From positions 1,027-65,026 of the forward strand of contig DATEGC010000077.1 of the NCBI GenBank assembly GCA_035280285.1: DNA of 64,000 nt, in the 5' to 3' direction. Each line of letters starts with the position of its first letter. Position 1 is the stretch's first letter. Positions 18,189 to 27,101 of this stretch are shown in pieces. The notes under the pieces were generated by a model. That model saw nothing but the letters and a program-made list of their open reading frames with translations, was not told where the DNA came from and made no database searches. Both the position numbers and the translations under genes were made by a program. Origin of the DNA: Candidatus Dormiibacterota bacterium (GTDB taxonomy: Bacteria; Chloroflexota; Dormibacteria; Dormibacterales; Dormibacteraceae).

Positions 18189-19280
18189 CTGCGCCGGATA
18201 TATCTGGACGACGCCGGCTCGGCGCCGGTCCTGCCCGAAGTCCTGAATGCGCTGCGCACCGGCGTGGAGGGCAACCCGTCGAGCCCGCACACGGAAGGCC
18301 GGGACGCTCGACGCGCGCTTGACCAGGCGCGCGACGCTTGCGCCGCCGTCCTCGGGGCGAAGCGCACGGAGATCACGTTCGTGTCCTCCGGCACCGAGGC
18401 GATCAACCTTGCACTGTTCGGAGCCACGCGAACCGGACGGATCGTGACCTGGGCCGCGGAGCATCAAGCGGTCCTCGCCGCGGCTCGGCGCCTGCAGACG
18501 CTTGGGCGCGATGTGCTCATCGCGCGAGTGGACGCAAGCGCGCGGGTGGACGTGGACGCGGTCACGCCCGGCACGGCGCTGGTCTCGGTCGGGCTTGCCA
18601 ACAACGAGGTGGGCACCGTCCAGCCGGTGGCGGACGTCATCCAGCGAGCGCACGACGTGGGAGCGCTCGTGCACGTCGATGCGTGCGCGGGCCCGCAGTG
18701 GGTTCCGATTCCTGCGGGCGCCGACCTCATCTCATTCAGCGGCCACAAGTTGGGCGCCGGCCGCGGAGGTCTCCTCCTGGTGCGCGACGGCGTCAGAATC
18801 GAGCCGCTGCTTTTCGGTGGCCCGCAAGAGTACGGCCGGCGTGCGGGTAACGAGGACGTCGTGTCCGCCGTGGCGATCGCCGCAGCGCTGAATGCTGTGT
18901 CGTCGCCCCGTCGAGAGGCTCACGCGCGCACCGCGGCCCGTCAGAGCGCGGCGCTACGAGTGGCTCTCCTCGAGCTCGGGGCGACGTTGACCGGCGCAGA
19001 GCCCCGACTGCCCAACTTCGCCAGCGGCGCGTTCGTCGACCGGCGCGGCGAGGACATGCTGCTCGCCCTCGACCTTGCGGGCGTCGCTGTGTCTAGCGGT
19101 TCGGCGTGTGCGTCGGGATCGCTCGATCCGTCGCACGTCCTGCTCGCGACGGGCCTGAGCCTCGAGCAGGCGCTAGGCAGCCTGCGCCTGACCACCACAT
19201 ACGAGACTACCGACGAAGACGTTGCGCGCGCCTCTGAAATCCTGCGCACCGTGCTCGGCCGAGTCCCCACCCGTGGCTAG
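18189..19280 (+). CDS. cysteine desulfurase (NifS/IscS-like, class V aminotransferase)
   Basis: SFSGHKLGA (PLP lysine), SSGSACASG (active Cys), GNPSSPH. The conserved N-terminus IYLDDAGSAPV lies upstream of the first canonical start (GTG 18264), so the start is provisionally CTG 18189. Confidence 0.8.
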   Translation: MRRIYLDDAGSAPVLPEVLNALRTGVEGNPSSPHTEGRDARRALDQARDACAAVLGAKRTEITFVSSGTEAINLALFGATRTGRIVTWAAEHQAVLAAARRLQTLGRDVLIARVDASARVDVDAVTPGTALVSVGLANNEVGTVQPVADVIQRAHDVGALVHVDACAGPQWVPIPAGADLISFSGHKLGAGRGGLLLVRDGVRIEPLLFGGPQEYGRRAGNEDVVSAVAIAAALNAVSSPRREAHARTAARQSAALRVALLELGATLTGAEPRLPNFASGAFVDRRGEDMLLALDLAGVAVSSGSACASGSLDPSHVLLATGLSLEQALGSLRLTTTYETTDEDVARASEILRTVLGRVPTRG

Positions 19281-19977
19281 CGTCGAGGAAGAGCTCGCCG
19301 AGCGCCTCGCCCGCGGCGAGGAGGTAGTGCTGGCGACCGTGATCAAGCTCGATGGCGAGCCACCCTCGCAACCTGGCGCCAAGCTCCTGATGACTCGGGG
19401 CGCGCCGGTCGCGGGCACTCTCGGATGCAGCGAGTTCGACTCCGCGGCGATTGCCGACTCGGCCACCATCGCCGAGGCTGGCGCGCCTCAGCTGCGCACC
19501 TACCGCCACGACCTCGGCTCGATCCAGGTTTACCTGGAGCCGTACAAAAAGATGCCGACGCTGGTCGTTTTCGCCGCCACGCCGGTGGCGCGGGCCCTCG
19601 TGCGCTGGGCGCCCGAGCTCGGTTTCCGCCCGCTGCTCGCGGAGGCGGCCGCGGACCTGCCGGCGTCGCTTGCGGGCGACGTGTACGTCATTCACACCAA
19701 CCACGACGCCGAAGATCTGGTGCCGGCCCTCGAGGCGGTGCTGCCGCGCAACCCGCGCTTCATCGGCCTTGTCGGCAGCCGGCGGCACACCGGTCATCAC
19801 CTCGAGGCGCTCCGCGCCAAGGGGGTGCCGGACAGCGTGATCGCGCGCATCCAGAGCCCGGTCGGGCTCGACATCGGGGCGCGGACGGCGCAGGAGATCG
19901 CCCTCTCGATCCTCGCGGGGCTGGTCGCCGTCCGGCATGGCGCGCATGGAGGCTGGAAACAGACAGCCCACACCTGA
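19273..19977 (+). CDS. XdhC/CoxI-family molybdenum-cofactor insertion chaperone
   Basis: GTG 19273 overlaps the desulfurase stop (GTGGCTAG). ATVIKLDGEPPSQPGAKLL, GTLGCSEFD, and a Rossmann-like LVVFAATPVARAL with SPVGLDIGA. Confidence 0.8.
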   Translation: MASVEEELAERLARGEEVVLATVIKLDGEPPSQPGAKLLMTRGAPVAGTLGCSEFDSAAIADSATIAEAGAPQLRTYRHDLGSIQVYLEPYKKMPTLVVFAATPVARALVRWAPELGFRPLLAEAAADLPASLAGDVYVIHTNHDAEDLVPALEAVLPRNPRFIGLVGSRRHTGHHLEALRAKGVPDSVIARIQSPVGLDIGARTAQEIALSILAGLVAVRHGAHGGWKQTAHT

Positions 19978-19994
19978 CGGACGCTTAACACGAA

Positions 19995-20022
19995 CTGAGA
20001 TCGAACCGCGCCACCCCATAAT
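19995..20022 (+). promoter_or_regulatory. putative promoter (-35 CTGAGA, 16-nt spacer, -10 CATAAT) 8 nt before the GTG start; possible leaderless mRNA
   Basis: The same architecture is conserved upstream of the paralogous kinase gene; no SD before the start codon. Confidence 0.3.
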
Positions 20023-20030
20023 CACGTGCC

Positions 20031-21710
20031 GTGTCGATCGCGGCCGGGACGAGGCTGGGGCAGTACGAGGTTCAGGACTTCATCGGGCAGGGGGCCATGG
20101 GCCTGGTCTATCGCGCGTACCACCCGGACCTGGAGCGAACCGGCGCCGTGAAGGTTTTGCAGGCGATCACACCCGACCCTGACGCCGTCGCACGCTTCCG
20201 CCACGAGGCGCAGGCCATCGCGCAGCTGCGGCATCCGAACATCGTCAACGTCTACGACTTCGGCACGTTCGACGGAACGCCGTACATGATCGTCGAGTAC
20301 ATCCCCGGAGGCAGTCTGGCGGCGAGGATGGCGGACACCCGCCTCGACCGCGCCACCATGCTGAAGTACCTGCGCGGCATTGCCGCGGGACTCGACTACG
20401 CGCACCGTCACGGCGTCGTGCACCGGGACGTCAAGCCGGCAAACGTGCTGCTGACAGCCGAGGACACGCCGGTTCTCGCCGACTTCGGGCTGGCCAAGCT
20501 GCTCCAGGGCTCGTCCTTGAAGTCCATGACCGGAGTCACCACCGGCACGCCCGCGTACATGGCTCCGGAGCAGGTGACAGGACACCAGGTCGGGCCGGCG
20601 GCCGATCGCTATTCGCTGGCCACCATCGCGTATGAGATGCTCACCGGCCTCATCCCTTTCGACGGCGAGGCGCTGATGGAATTGCTATACGCGCAGGTCC
20701 ACCGCGAGCCGCCGCCACCCAGCTCGCGTGAGCCGTCCCTGAGCTCCTCGATCGACGCAGTCGTCATGCGTGGTCTGGCCAAGGACCCCGAAGCGCGTTG
20801 GGAGTCGTGCGCCGCTTTCGTCGACGCGCTGGCCGCGGCGCTCGAAGGCCGGACGACCCCGGTGGTAGAGCGGACCGTCGTCATGGCGCCACGGCTCGCG
20901 TCGACCGTACCGATGACGCACGACGAGGTCGCCAGGCGGGTGGCCGCATACACGATGGAGGCGCCCGGCCGTGTGGCTCAACCTCCTCCGACTCCGGCAC
21001 CCATACCGGCGCGCCGGCCCCACAATTCGCGCAAGCGCCTGATCGCCGCGATGGCGTCGGTAGCAGTCTTGATCGTGCTGCTCGGCACCTGCGGGCTGGT
21101 CGCACTTTCCCAGCCGACGCTGACGTTGTCCAGCGTCACGGTCGCGCCCGGCGAAGACGTCGTCATCATCGCGACGCGCGTCCCCGCCAATACCAACGGT
21201 CAGATCGAGCTGTACAGCGCCGTGCACACCTTCCCGTTCCGTGCCGACGGCAGCGGCAAGGTCGCGATCGGGATCACGGTCCCACGCGACATCGGCCTAG
21301 GGGACCACCTCGTGAAGCTCTGCTACAGCGGCTCGTGTCACGCCCAGCAGACACTGCATGTCGCGGCGCGCTCGGCGCTCGCCACGCCCTCGGCATATCC
21401 GAGCGCCTCTTCCACGGCCACGTCCCACCCGCCAAGCCCGAGCCCAACCGCAACTCCGGCGATGTCGGTCCTGAAGTACTACGTCAAGCCCGGAGACACC
21501 GAGACCGTTGGTGGCCTCCGCGTTCCGGGGTCGACCGTCGTCATCTATTTCGTGCAGGGCAAGACCGAGGTTCAGCTCGGCACGGCGCCGGTATCCGGGG
21601 GTCAGTTCACGACGACGGTGAGGATTCCCTCGAGCGCATCCACAGGGCCGGCCGCGATCCGGGCGTGCTACACGGGGGGCTGCGCCTACGCGACGATCAG
21701 CGTCAGCTAG
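20031..21710 (+). CDS. Hanks-type Ser/Thr protein kinase with one TM and an extracellular two-module domain
   Basis: GQGAMGLVY, VKV (Lys), HRDVKPANVLL, DFGLAK, GTPAYMAPE. TM LIAAMASVAVLIVLLGTCGLVAL. Two C-terminal modules of roughly 90 aa, each ending in a paired-Cys motif. Confidence 0.9.
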   Translation: MSIAAGTRLGQYEVQDFIGQGAMGLVYRAYHPDLERTGAVKVLQAITPDPDAVARFRHEAQAIAQLRHPNIVNVYDFGTFDGTPYMIVEYIPGGSLAARMADTRLDRATMLKYLRGIAAGLDYAHRHGVVHRDVKPANVLLTAEDTPVLADFGLAKLLQGSSLKSMTGVTTGTPAYMAPEQVTGHQVGPAADRYSLATIAYEMLTGLIPFDGEALMELLYAQVHREPPPPSSREPSLSSSIDAVVMRGLAKDPEARWESCAAFVDALAAALEGRTTPVVERTVVMAPRLASTVPMTHDEVARRVAAYTMEAPGRVAQPPPTPAPIPARRPHNSRKRLIAAMASVAVLIVLLGTCGLVALSQPTLTLSSVTVAPGEDVVIIATRVPANTNGQIELYSAVHTFPFRADGSGKVAIGITVPRDIGLGDHLVKLCYSGSCHAQQTLHVAARSALATPSAYPSASSTATSHPPSPSPTATPAMSVLKYYVKPGDTETVGGLRVPGSTVVIYFVQGKTEVQLGTAPVSGGQFTTTVRIPSSASTGPAAIRACYTGGCAYATISVS

Positions 21711-21818
21711 CGCCAGTTCTGGTCGTCGCCTGTTAATTGTGTCCCGGTTCCGTTAAGCGTCACGACCTCCGCAAAAGTCCCGCGCGCACGCAATGAATCA
21801 ACGTTCGGTTAAGAGCAC

Positions 21819-21846
21819 CTGAGCCAGACAAAGCGGCCCGCATAAT
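21819..21846 (+). promoter_or_regulatory. putative promoter (-35 CTGAGC, 16-nt spacer, -10 CATAAT) 9 nt before the TTG start
   Basis: Paralogous to 19995..20022. Confidence 0.3.
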
Positions 21847-21855
21847 CAAGGGCTC

Positions 21856-23712
21856 TTGTCGATCGCGCCGGGAACGAGGTTGGGGCAGTACCAGGTCCAG
21901 GATTTCATTGGCCAGGGAGCCATGGGCCTGGTTTACCGCGCCTACCATCCCGACCTCGAGCGGACCGGCGCAGTGAAAGTCATGCAGGCCATCACTCCCG
22001 ACGCTGAGACCGTGGCCAGATTCCGCCATGAGGCGCAGGCGATCGCGAAGTTGCGCCACCCCAACATCGTCGACGTCTATGACTTCGGCGAGTTCCAGGG
22101 AACGCCATACATGATCGTCGAGTACGTGCCGGGTGGCAGCCTGGCGGAGCGAATGGCGCACGGCGCGCTGAATCGATACGCGGCGCTCAAATACCTGCGC
22201 GGGATCGCGGCGGGACTCGATTACGCGCACGCGCACGGCATTGTGCATCGCGACGTAAAGCCGGCCAACGTCCTGCTCACCACCGAGGACACGCCCGTCC
22301 TCGCCGACTTCGGTCTGGCCAAACTGCTGCAGGGCTCTTCTCTCAAGTCGATGACAGGCGTCACGACCGGAACGCCGGCATACATGGCGCCCGAGCAGGT
22401 GGCGGGCCGTCAGGTCGGGCCCGCTGCGGACCGCTACTCGCTGGCGACGATCGCGTACGAGATGCTCACCGGAGTCATACCTTTCGACGGCGAGGCCTTG
22501 ATGGAGCTGCTGTACGCGCAGGTCCATCGCGAGCCGATGCCGCCGAGCGCGCGCTACCCAGACCTCGGACCCAAGGTCGACGCGGTCATCATGCGGGGAC
22601 TCGCAAAGGACCCAGCCGCCCGGTGGGAATCCTGCGCCGCCTTCGTCGACGCGCTGACGACTGCGCTAGGCGAGCCACTGCCCGCGGCCGCGCCGGCGCC
22701 GGCCTCGGCAAAGACCATGGTCATGGCACCGCCGATGCCTTCGACGGTCCCCTTCGTGGCCGCGGCTGCCATCGCCGATCGAGGAGTGGCACGGCCGCGA
22801 CAACCGGCCACGGTCGCGGTGGCGTTCCCGTCTCCGCCGGAGGCTCCCGCGACGCTCGTTGTGGCATCCCCCGTGACACCCAGGCTCCGCGTCACCCGGC
22901 GACGGACGGCGATCGGGCTGGCCGCAGTGCTGATCCTTCTACTCGTGATGGGCGTTTGCGCGGTCGCTGGGCAGGCGACGACGCTATTCCTGAGCCCGAG
23001 CACCACCGCCCCAGGGGACATCGTCGACGTGATCGCGGATCATGTCCCGGCCCACCAGGCAGGCTTGATCGAGCTGCACAGCGTCGTGCACACGTATCCG
23101 TTTCGAGCCAACGCGAACGGCGGCGTGAACGTCTACGTGACCGTGCCCCGAGACATCGTGACCGGCGACCACACCGTGAGGATCTGCTGGAGCGACACGT
23201 GCCATGCCTCGGCCACGCTGCGCGTGGTCTTGCCGGTTGCCCTGGCGTCCCCTTCGTCCCAACCGGCTCCAGGCGCGAGCCCGACTTCGGGTGTCTCACC
23301 CAGCCCAGGCTCGACTCCCATCACGAGATCGTCGCCCACCCCAGCGTCGACACCACGCCCGACCTCGACCCCGCAAGCGACGCCGCCGCCGCCTAGCCCG
23401 ACGCCAACCCCGCCGCCTGACCCCTGCCCAACGTCAACCTCTGCGCCTTACATCACGACATCCGGCGGCTCAGCTCTTGTGCCGCCAGTGACGGTCAACG
23501 GCAACAATTTCACGCCGAACAAATCGGTGAGGGTGGACTTCTACTTCCCGAGCACGGCCAAAACGCCCGAGATCACGAAGTACGCGACGGTGGTGTGCAA
23601 CGGTGCTTTCACAACGCAGTTCACCCCGAACACGCTGGACATTGGTACCGGTCTGGTGGTCTCAACTGACGCGGTCGGCCGCAGCGCCAGCAAGACGGTG
23701 AACGTCTCCTAG
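21856..23712 (+). CDS. Hanks-type Ser/Thr protein kinase, tandem paralogue of 20031..21710
   Basis: Kinase domain nearly identical in protein sequence to the upstream kinase; TM AIGLAAVLILLLVMGVCAVAG; related extracellular module plus a long P/S/T-rich linker and a second module. Confidence 0.9.
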   Translation: MSIAPGTRLGQYQVQDFIGQGAMGLVYRAYHPDLERTGAVKVMQAITPDAETVARFRHEAQAIAKLRHPNIVDVYDFGEFQGTPYMIVEYVPGGSLAERMAHGALNRYAALKYLRGIAAGLDYAHAHGIVHRDVKPANVLLTTEDTPVLADFGLAKLLQGSSLKSMTGVTTGTPAYMAPEQVAGRQVGPAADRYSLATIAYEMLTGVIPFDGEALMELLYAQVHREPMPPSARYPDLGPKVDAVIMRGLAKDPAARWESCAAFVDALTTALGEPLPAAAPAPASAKTMVMAPPMPSTVPFVAAAAIADRGVARPRQPATVAVAFPSPPEAPATLVVASPVTPRLRVTRRRTAIGLAAVLILLLVMGVCAVAGQATTLFLSPSTTAPGDIVDVIADHVPAHQAGLIELHSVVHTYPFRANANGGVNVYVTVPRDIVTGDHTVRICWSDTCHASATLRVVLPVALASPSSQPAPGASPTSGVSPSPGSTPITRSSPTPASTPRPTSTPQATPPPPSPTPTPPPDPCPTSTSAPYITTSGGSALVPPVTVNGNNFTPNKSVRVDFYFPSTAKTPEITKYATVVCNGAFTTQFTPNTLDIGTGLVVSTDAVGRSASKTVNVS

Positions 23713-24992
23713 AAGACTTCCGCGGCGAGCAGGTCGTCCAGCGTTTCGCGGCGGCGCATCACACGAGCCTCGCCCTCGCGCACCATCAGTACTTCCGGTC
23801 GCGGCATCCCGTTGTAGTTGCTCGCCATGGCCAGGCAGTACGCGCCCGCCGCCGGGACTGCGATCACATCGCCCGGTTGGAGCCTGGGCATAGCGACGTC
23901 CATGATCAGGATGTCGGTCGACTCGCAGTATTTGCCGGCGATGGTCACCTTGCCATCCGTCGCACGGTCGGGGCCTGACGCAAGGAAGGCTTCGTACCGC
24001 GCGCCGTACAGCTTGGGCCGGATGTTGTCGCCCATTCCGCCATCGACCGCGACGTAGCGGCGCACGCCCGGTATGTCCTTTATCGAACCGACCGTGTACA
24101 GAGCCATGCCCGCGGGTCCCGCGATCGAACGGCCTGGCTCCACGACCAGCTCCGGCACATTCAGATCCCGACGCGCGCAGCCGGTCACCAGCGCGTGCCG
24201 AACCGTCTCGACGAAATGGCGCGGCGTGGGCGGGTCGTCATTGTGTGTATACGCGGTGCCCAAGCCGCCGCCGGCGCCGAGCTTGCGCGGCTCGAATCCG
24301 AGTCCGTCCCGCAGCTCCACCAGCAGGCCGAGCATGATCTCCATCGCGTCTTCGTAGGCGCGCAGGGCGAAGATCTGCGAACCGATGTGCGAGTGGAGCC
24401 CCACAAGCTCGAGCTTGGGATGCTTCAGCGCTGTTTCCACCGCGCGACGCGCCGCCCCCGATTCAATTGAGAAACCGAACTTCGAGTCGAGCTGTCCGGT
24501 CGAGATGTGGTCGTGAGTGTCCGGCTTCACCCCCGGCGACAGCCGCAGCATGACCGGCGTGCGCGATCCGTCGGGCACGACATCGCGGAGGAGATCGAAC
24601 TCGTGCTCACCGTCGATGACGATGGTCGCGCCGGCGCGGTGCGCGGCCTCGAGGTCGGCGACGCTCTTGTTGTTGCCGAGGAAGTGGAGGCGCTCCCGCG
24701 GAAAGCCCGACTTCAACGCCAGGTGGAGCTCGCCCTCCGAAACGACGTCGAGGCCCAGTCCTTCGTCCGCGATCACGCGTAGGAACTGCGGTGAGGCGAA
24801 GGCCTTGGCCGAGTACAGGACCTGGCCCGCGCCGCCCATAGCCGCCATGTATTCCGACGCGCGCTGGCGAACCGTCGCTTCGTCGTAGACGTACAGCGGC
24901 GTTCCATGCCGGCTGGCCAGCTCGACCAGGTCACAGCCGCCCACCTCCATGTGGCCGGCAGCGTTGACCCGGTACGTGACCGGGAGAAGCAA
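23709..24992 (-). CDS. lysA: diaminopimelate decarboxylase
   Basis: 427 aa; TPLYVYDE, YSAKAF (PLP Lys), HSHIGSQ, EPGRSI, CESTD motifs. Confidence 0.9.
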   Translation of the reverse strand: MLLPVTYRVNAAGHMEVGGCDLVELASRHGTPLYVYDEATVRQRASEYMAAMGGAGQVLYSAKAFASPQFLRVIADEGLGLDVVSEGELHLALKSGFPRERLHFLGNNKSVADLEAAHRAGATIVIDGEHEFDLLRDVVPDGSRTPVMLRLSPGVKPDTHDHISTGQLDSKFGFSIESGAARRAVETALKHPKLELVGLHSHIGSQIFALRAYEDAMEIMLGLLVELRDGLGFEPRKLGAGGGLGTAYTHNDDPPTPRHFVETVRHALVTGCARRDLNVPELVVEPGRSIAGPAGMALYTVGSIKDIPGVRRYVAVDGGMGDNIRPKLYGARYEAFLASGPDRATDGKVTIAGKYCESTDILIMDVAMPRLQPGDVIAVPAAGAYCLAMASNYNGMPRPEVLMVREGEARVMRRRETLDDLLAAEVF

Positions 24993-25001
24993 CCTAGATC
25001 G

Positions 25002-25244
25002 CTAGTTCGGAGATCCGCAGGAGCAAGCGCCGCCGCAGCTGCAACCACCGCCGCTCGACTCGCTGGAGAAGTCGGAGAACGACGATGTGTCGCCGCCGCT
25101 GGCGAAGGCGAAGCTCGAGACTAGGACCCGCGTCTTGGTCGACTCGCACGCTGGGCACACCTGCGCGCTGTCGCGCTCGGCGAACCGGGTCAGAACTTCG
25201 AACTTCTCGGCGCAGCTCTCGCACCGATACTCGTAGATGGGCAT
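25002..25244 (-). CDS. FmdB-family zinc-ribbon protein
   Basis: MPIYEYRCESCAEKFEV...CPACES (CxxC..CxxC) with a Ser/Gly/Cys-rich tail, as is typical for the family. Confidence 0.75.
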   Translation of the reverse strand: MPIYEYRCESCAEKFEVLTRFAERDSAQVCPACESTKTRVLVSSFAFASGGDTSSFSDFSSESSGGGCSCGGACSCGSPN

Positions 25245-25866
25245 CCCAGTGAACGATTCTAAGTTGTCTTTACTCGCGCGGTTGATCTCGGAATGGCCCG
25301 GACTGATCGGGGAACCTGCCGAGGACCTCGTCGAGGATTCGCTCGTCCTGCTCGATCACCTCGGCGACGCCCACCGAGTCGTCGACGTCGGGTCCGGAGG
25401 GGGATTGCCTGGCCTGCCACTGAAGCTCAGCCGCCGGGATCTGGCGGTGACGCTGGTCGAGGCAGACCAGGCGAAGGCGGCTTTCCTCGTCCAGGCCTGC
25501 GCCCGGCTCGATCTGCCAGACGTCGAGGTTGTGGCGCGGCGCGCCGAGGAGGTCGGCCATGAGGCTCGCTACCGCGAGGCATTCGATGTTGCCGTGGCGC
25601 GTGCCGTCGCGCCGATGCCGGTGCTGGTCGAGCTCTGCCTGCCGCTGGTTCGCGTCGGCGGGAGGCTGCTGGCTCAGAAGACAGAGCGGGAAGACCTGAC
25701 CGCGGCCACCCATGCCATCGAGGTTCTCGGAGGATCGGTGGAGACGATCGCGCCCGCGCCGTCGCCCGCACGTCGCTCGGGCATTGTCGTGGTGGTGGCG
25801 AAAACACGCCCCACTCCCGCCTCGTATCCGCGCCGCCCAGGGGTCCCGAATCGCAAACCGCTCTGA
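25237..25866 (+). CDS. rsmG: 16S rRNA (guanine527-N7)-methyltransferase
   Basis: DVGSGGGLPGLPL SAM motif, VTLVEADQAKAAFL, ARAVAPM. The start overlaps the divergent FmdB start by 8 nt, so it is uncertain. Confidence 0.8.
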   Translation: MGIPVNDSKLSLLARLISEWPGLIGEPAEDLVEDSLVLLDHLGDAHRVVDVGSGGGLPGLPLKLSRRDLAVTLVEADQAKAAFLVQACARLDLPDVEVVARRAEEVGHEARYREAFDVAVARAVAPMPVLVELCLPLVRVGGRLLAQKTEREDLTAATHAIEVLGGSVETIAPAPSPARRSGIVVVVAKTRPTPASYPRRPGVPNRKPL

Positions 25867-25872
25867 AATAGG

Positions 25873-25901
25873 AACGGCGCGGGGCTCGAACCCGCGCCGT
25901 T
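25873..25901. terminator. bidirectional hairpin between rsmG and pstS
   Basis: AACGGCGCGGG-GCTCGAA-CCCGCGCCGTT, an 11-bp perfect stem. Confidence 0.6.
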
Positions 25902-25918
25902 ACCGGACCGGGTGAAAG

Positions 25919-27013
25919 TTAGCTGAGGATCGGCGAGCCTCCAGCCTTGATCGTCTTGAGGTTGGTCAGGGCGAGCTGCTGCACCGCGGTCGGAAGCGAC
26001 GCGTACTGCAGGTCCTGGCCATCCGTCTGACCCTTGGTCACAAGCCACTTGAACAGGTAGACGACGGCCTTGCCCTTTGCCGAATCGCTGTAAGAGGTAT
26101 AGAGAATCGCCCAGCTGAAGGCTGCGATTGGATAGCACGTGTCGCATGCGGCGTTGGTGATCGAGAAGTCTGTGGGGCTAACGCCGGGCTTGGTCGCGGC
26201 GGCCGCGGTCGCCCCTTCGACACTGGCCTGCACAAACTTGCCGTTCGCGTTCTTTAATGCGGCTTGCTTCATTCCGGTCTGGATCACGTAGGCGAGCTCG
26301 ACGTAACCGATCGCTCCGTTGGTCGAGCTGATCGCCTGGGCGACGGCCTGGTTGCCGCTTGCGCCGGTGCCAGTCGGCCAGCTGATCGACTTGGCCGGGC
26401 TACCGGTTTTCGACTTCCAGTCCGGTGAGATCTTGGCCAGGTAGTCGGTGAAGTGATACGTGGTGCCGCTGCCGTCGGAGCGGTGCACGACCGTGATGGT
26501 TTTGTTCGGGAACGTGGTGCCCGAGTTGAGCGCGGCGATCTTCGCGTCGTTCCAGTTCTTGATGTTGCCCAGGAAGATGCCGGCCAGCGTGTCACCGTCG
26601 AGGTTCAGGCTGCTCACGCCCGGGACGTTGAAGGCGATCGAGATAACGCCAAGCGTGGTCGGAATTTGCGTCAATGCGTCAGCGCCGCCCGCCGCAGTGA
26701 TCTCGGCGGACGACATCGGCACGTCGCTCGCGCCGAAGTCGACAGTCTTGGCCTGGAACTGCTTAATGCCGGCGCCGGAGCCGATGGCCTGGTAGTTCAC
26801 CGTGACCTGGGGGTACTGCGCCGAATAGTCGGCGAAGGCCTTCAGATAAAAAGGACCCGGAAACGTCGCTCCCGCCCCGGTGAGGCTGCCCGTTCCAACA
26901 TCGACAGGTGACGGCGAGGTGGTTGCGGCGCCGTTAGCGCCACAGGCGGTCGCCACCATGGCGGCGATTCCGCCCATGAGCGCCAACCGCGCGATTGATG
27001 AAGGTTGAAGCAT
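25919..27013 (-). CDS. pstS: phosphate ABC transporter substrate-binding lipoprotein
   Basis: Signal peptide plus lipobox (MVATACG); GAGATFPGPFY, YQAIGSGAGIKQF, VHRSDGSGTT motifs; AGGAGG SD. Confidence 0.9.
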   Translation of the reverse strand: MLQPSSIARLALMGGIAAMVATACGANGAATTSPSPVDVGTGSLTGAGATFPGPFYLKAFADYSAQYPQVTVNYQAIGSGAGIKQFQAKTVDFGASDVPMSSAEITAAGGADALTQIPTTLGVISIAFNVPGVSSLNLDGDTLAGIFLGNIKNWNDAKIAALNSGTTFPNKTITVVHRSDGSGTTYHFTDYLAKISPDWKSKTGSPAKSISWPTGTGASGNQAVAQAISSTNGAIGYVELAYVIQTGMKQAALKNANGKFVQASVEGATAAAATKPGVSPTDFSITNAACDTCYPIAAFSWAILYTSYSDSAKGKAVVYLFKWLVTKGQTDGQDLQYASLPTAVQQLALTNLKTIKAGGSPILS

Positions 27014-27052
27014 CTATCCCTCCTGATTCGCTCCGAACCGGTGATGCCAATC

Positions 27053-27096
27053 ACGGTACGGACGGCTCTTTAAGGAGGGGTTATGGGCCGCTTAAG
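27053..27096 (-). promoter_or_regulatory. putative Pho box array and -10 element for pstS
   Basis: On the minus strand: CTTAA-N6-CATAA-N6-CTTAA (exact 11-bp phasing), then 11 nt, then TACCGT (TAnnnT). Mirrors the array upstream of pstB. Confidence 0.5.
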
Positions 27097-27101
27097 CCTG
27101 C

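Noticed and set aside
25002-25100. Cys/Gly/Ser-rich C-terminal tail of the FmdB-type protein (SSGGGCSCGGACSCGSPN) as a possible RiPP precursor or metallothionein-like peptide
   Set aside because: Ser/Gly/Cys-rich tails are a normal feature of the FmdB zinc-ribbon family, and no modification enzymes lie adjacent.
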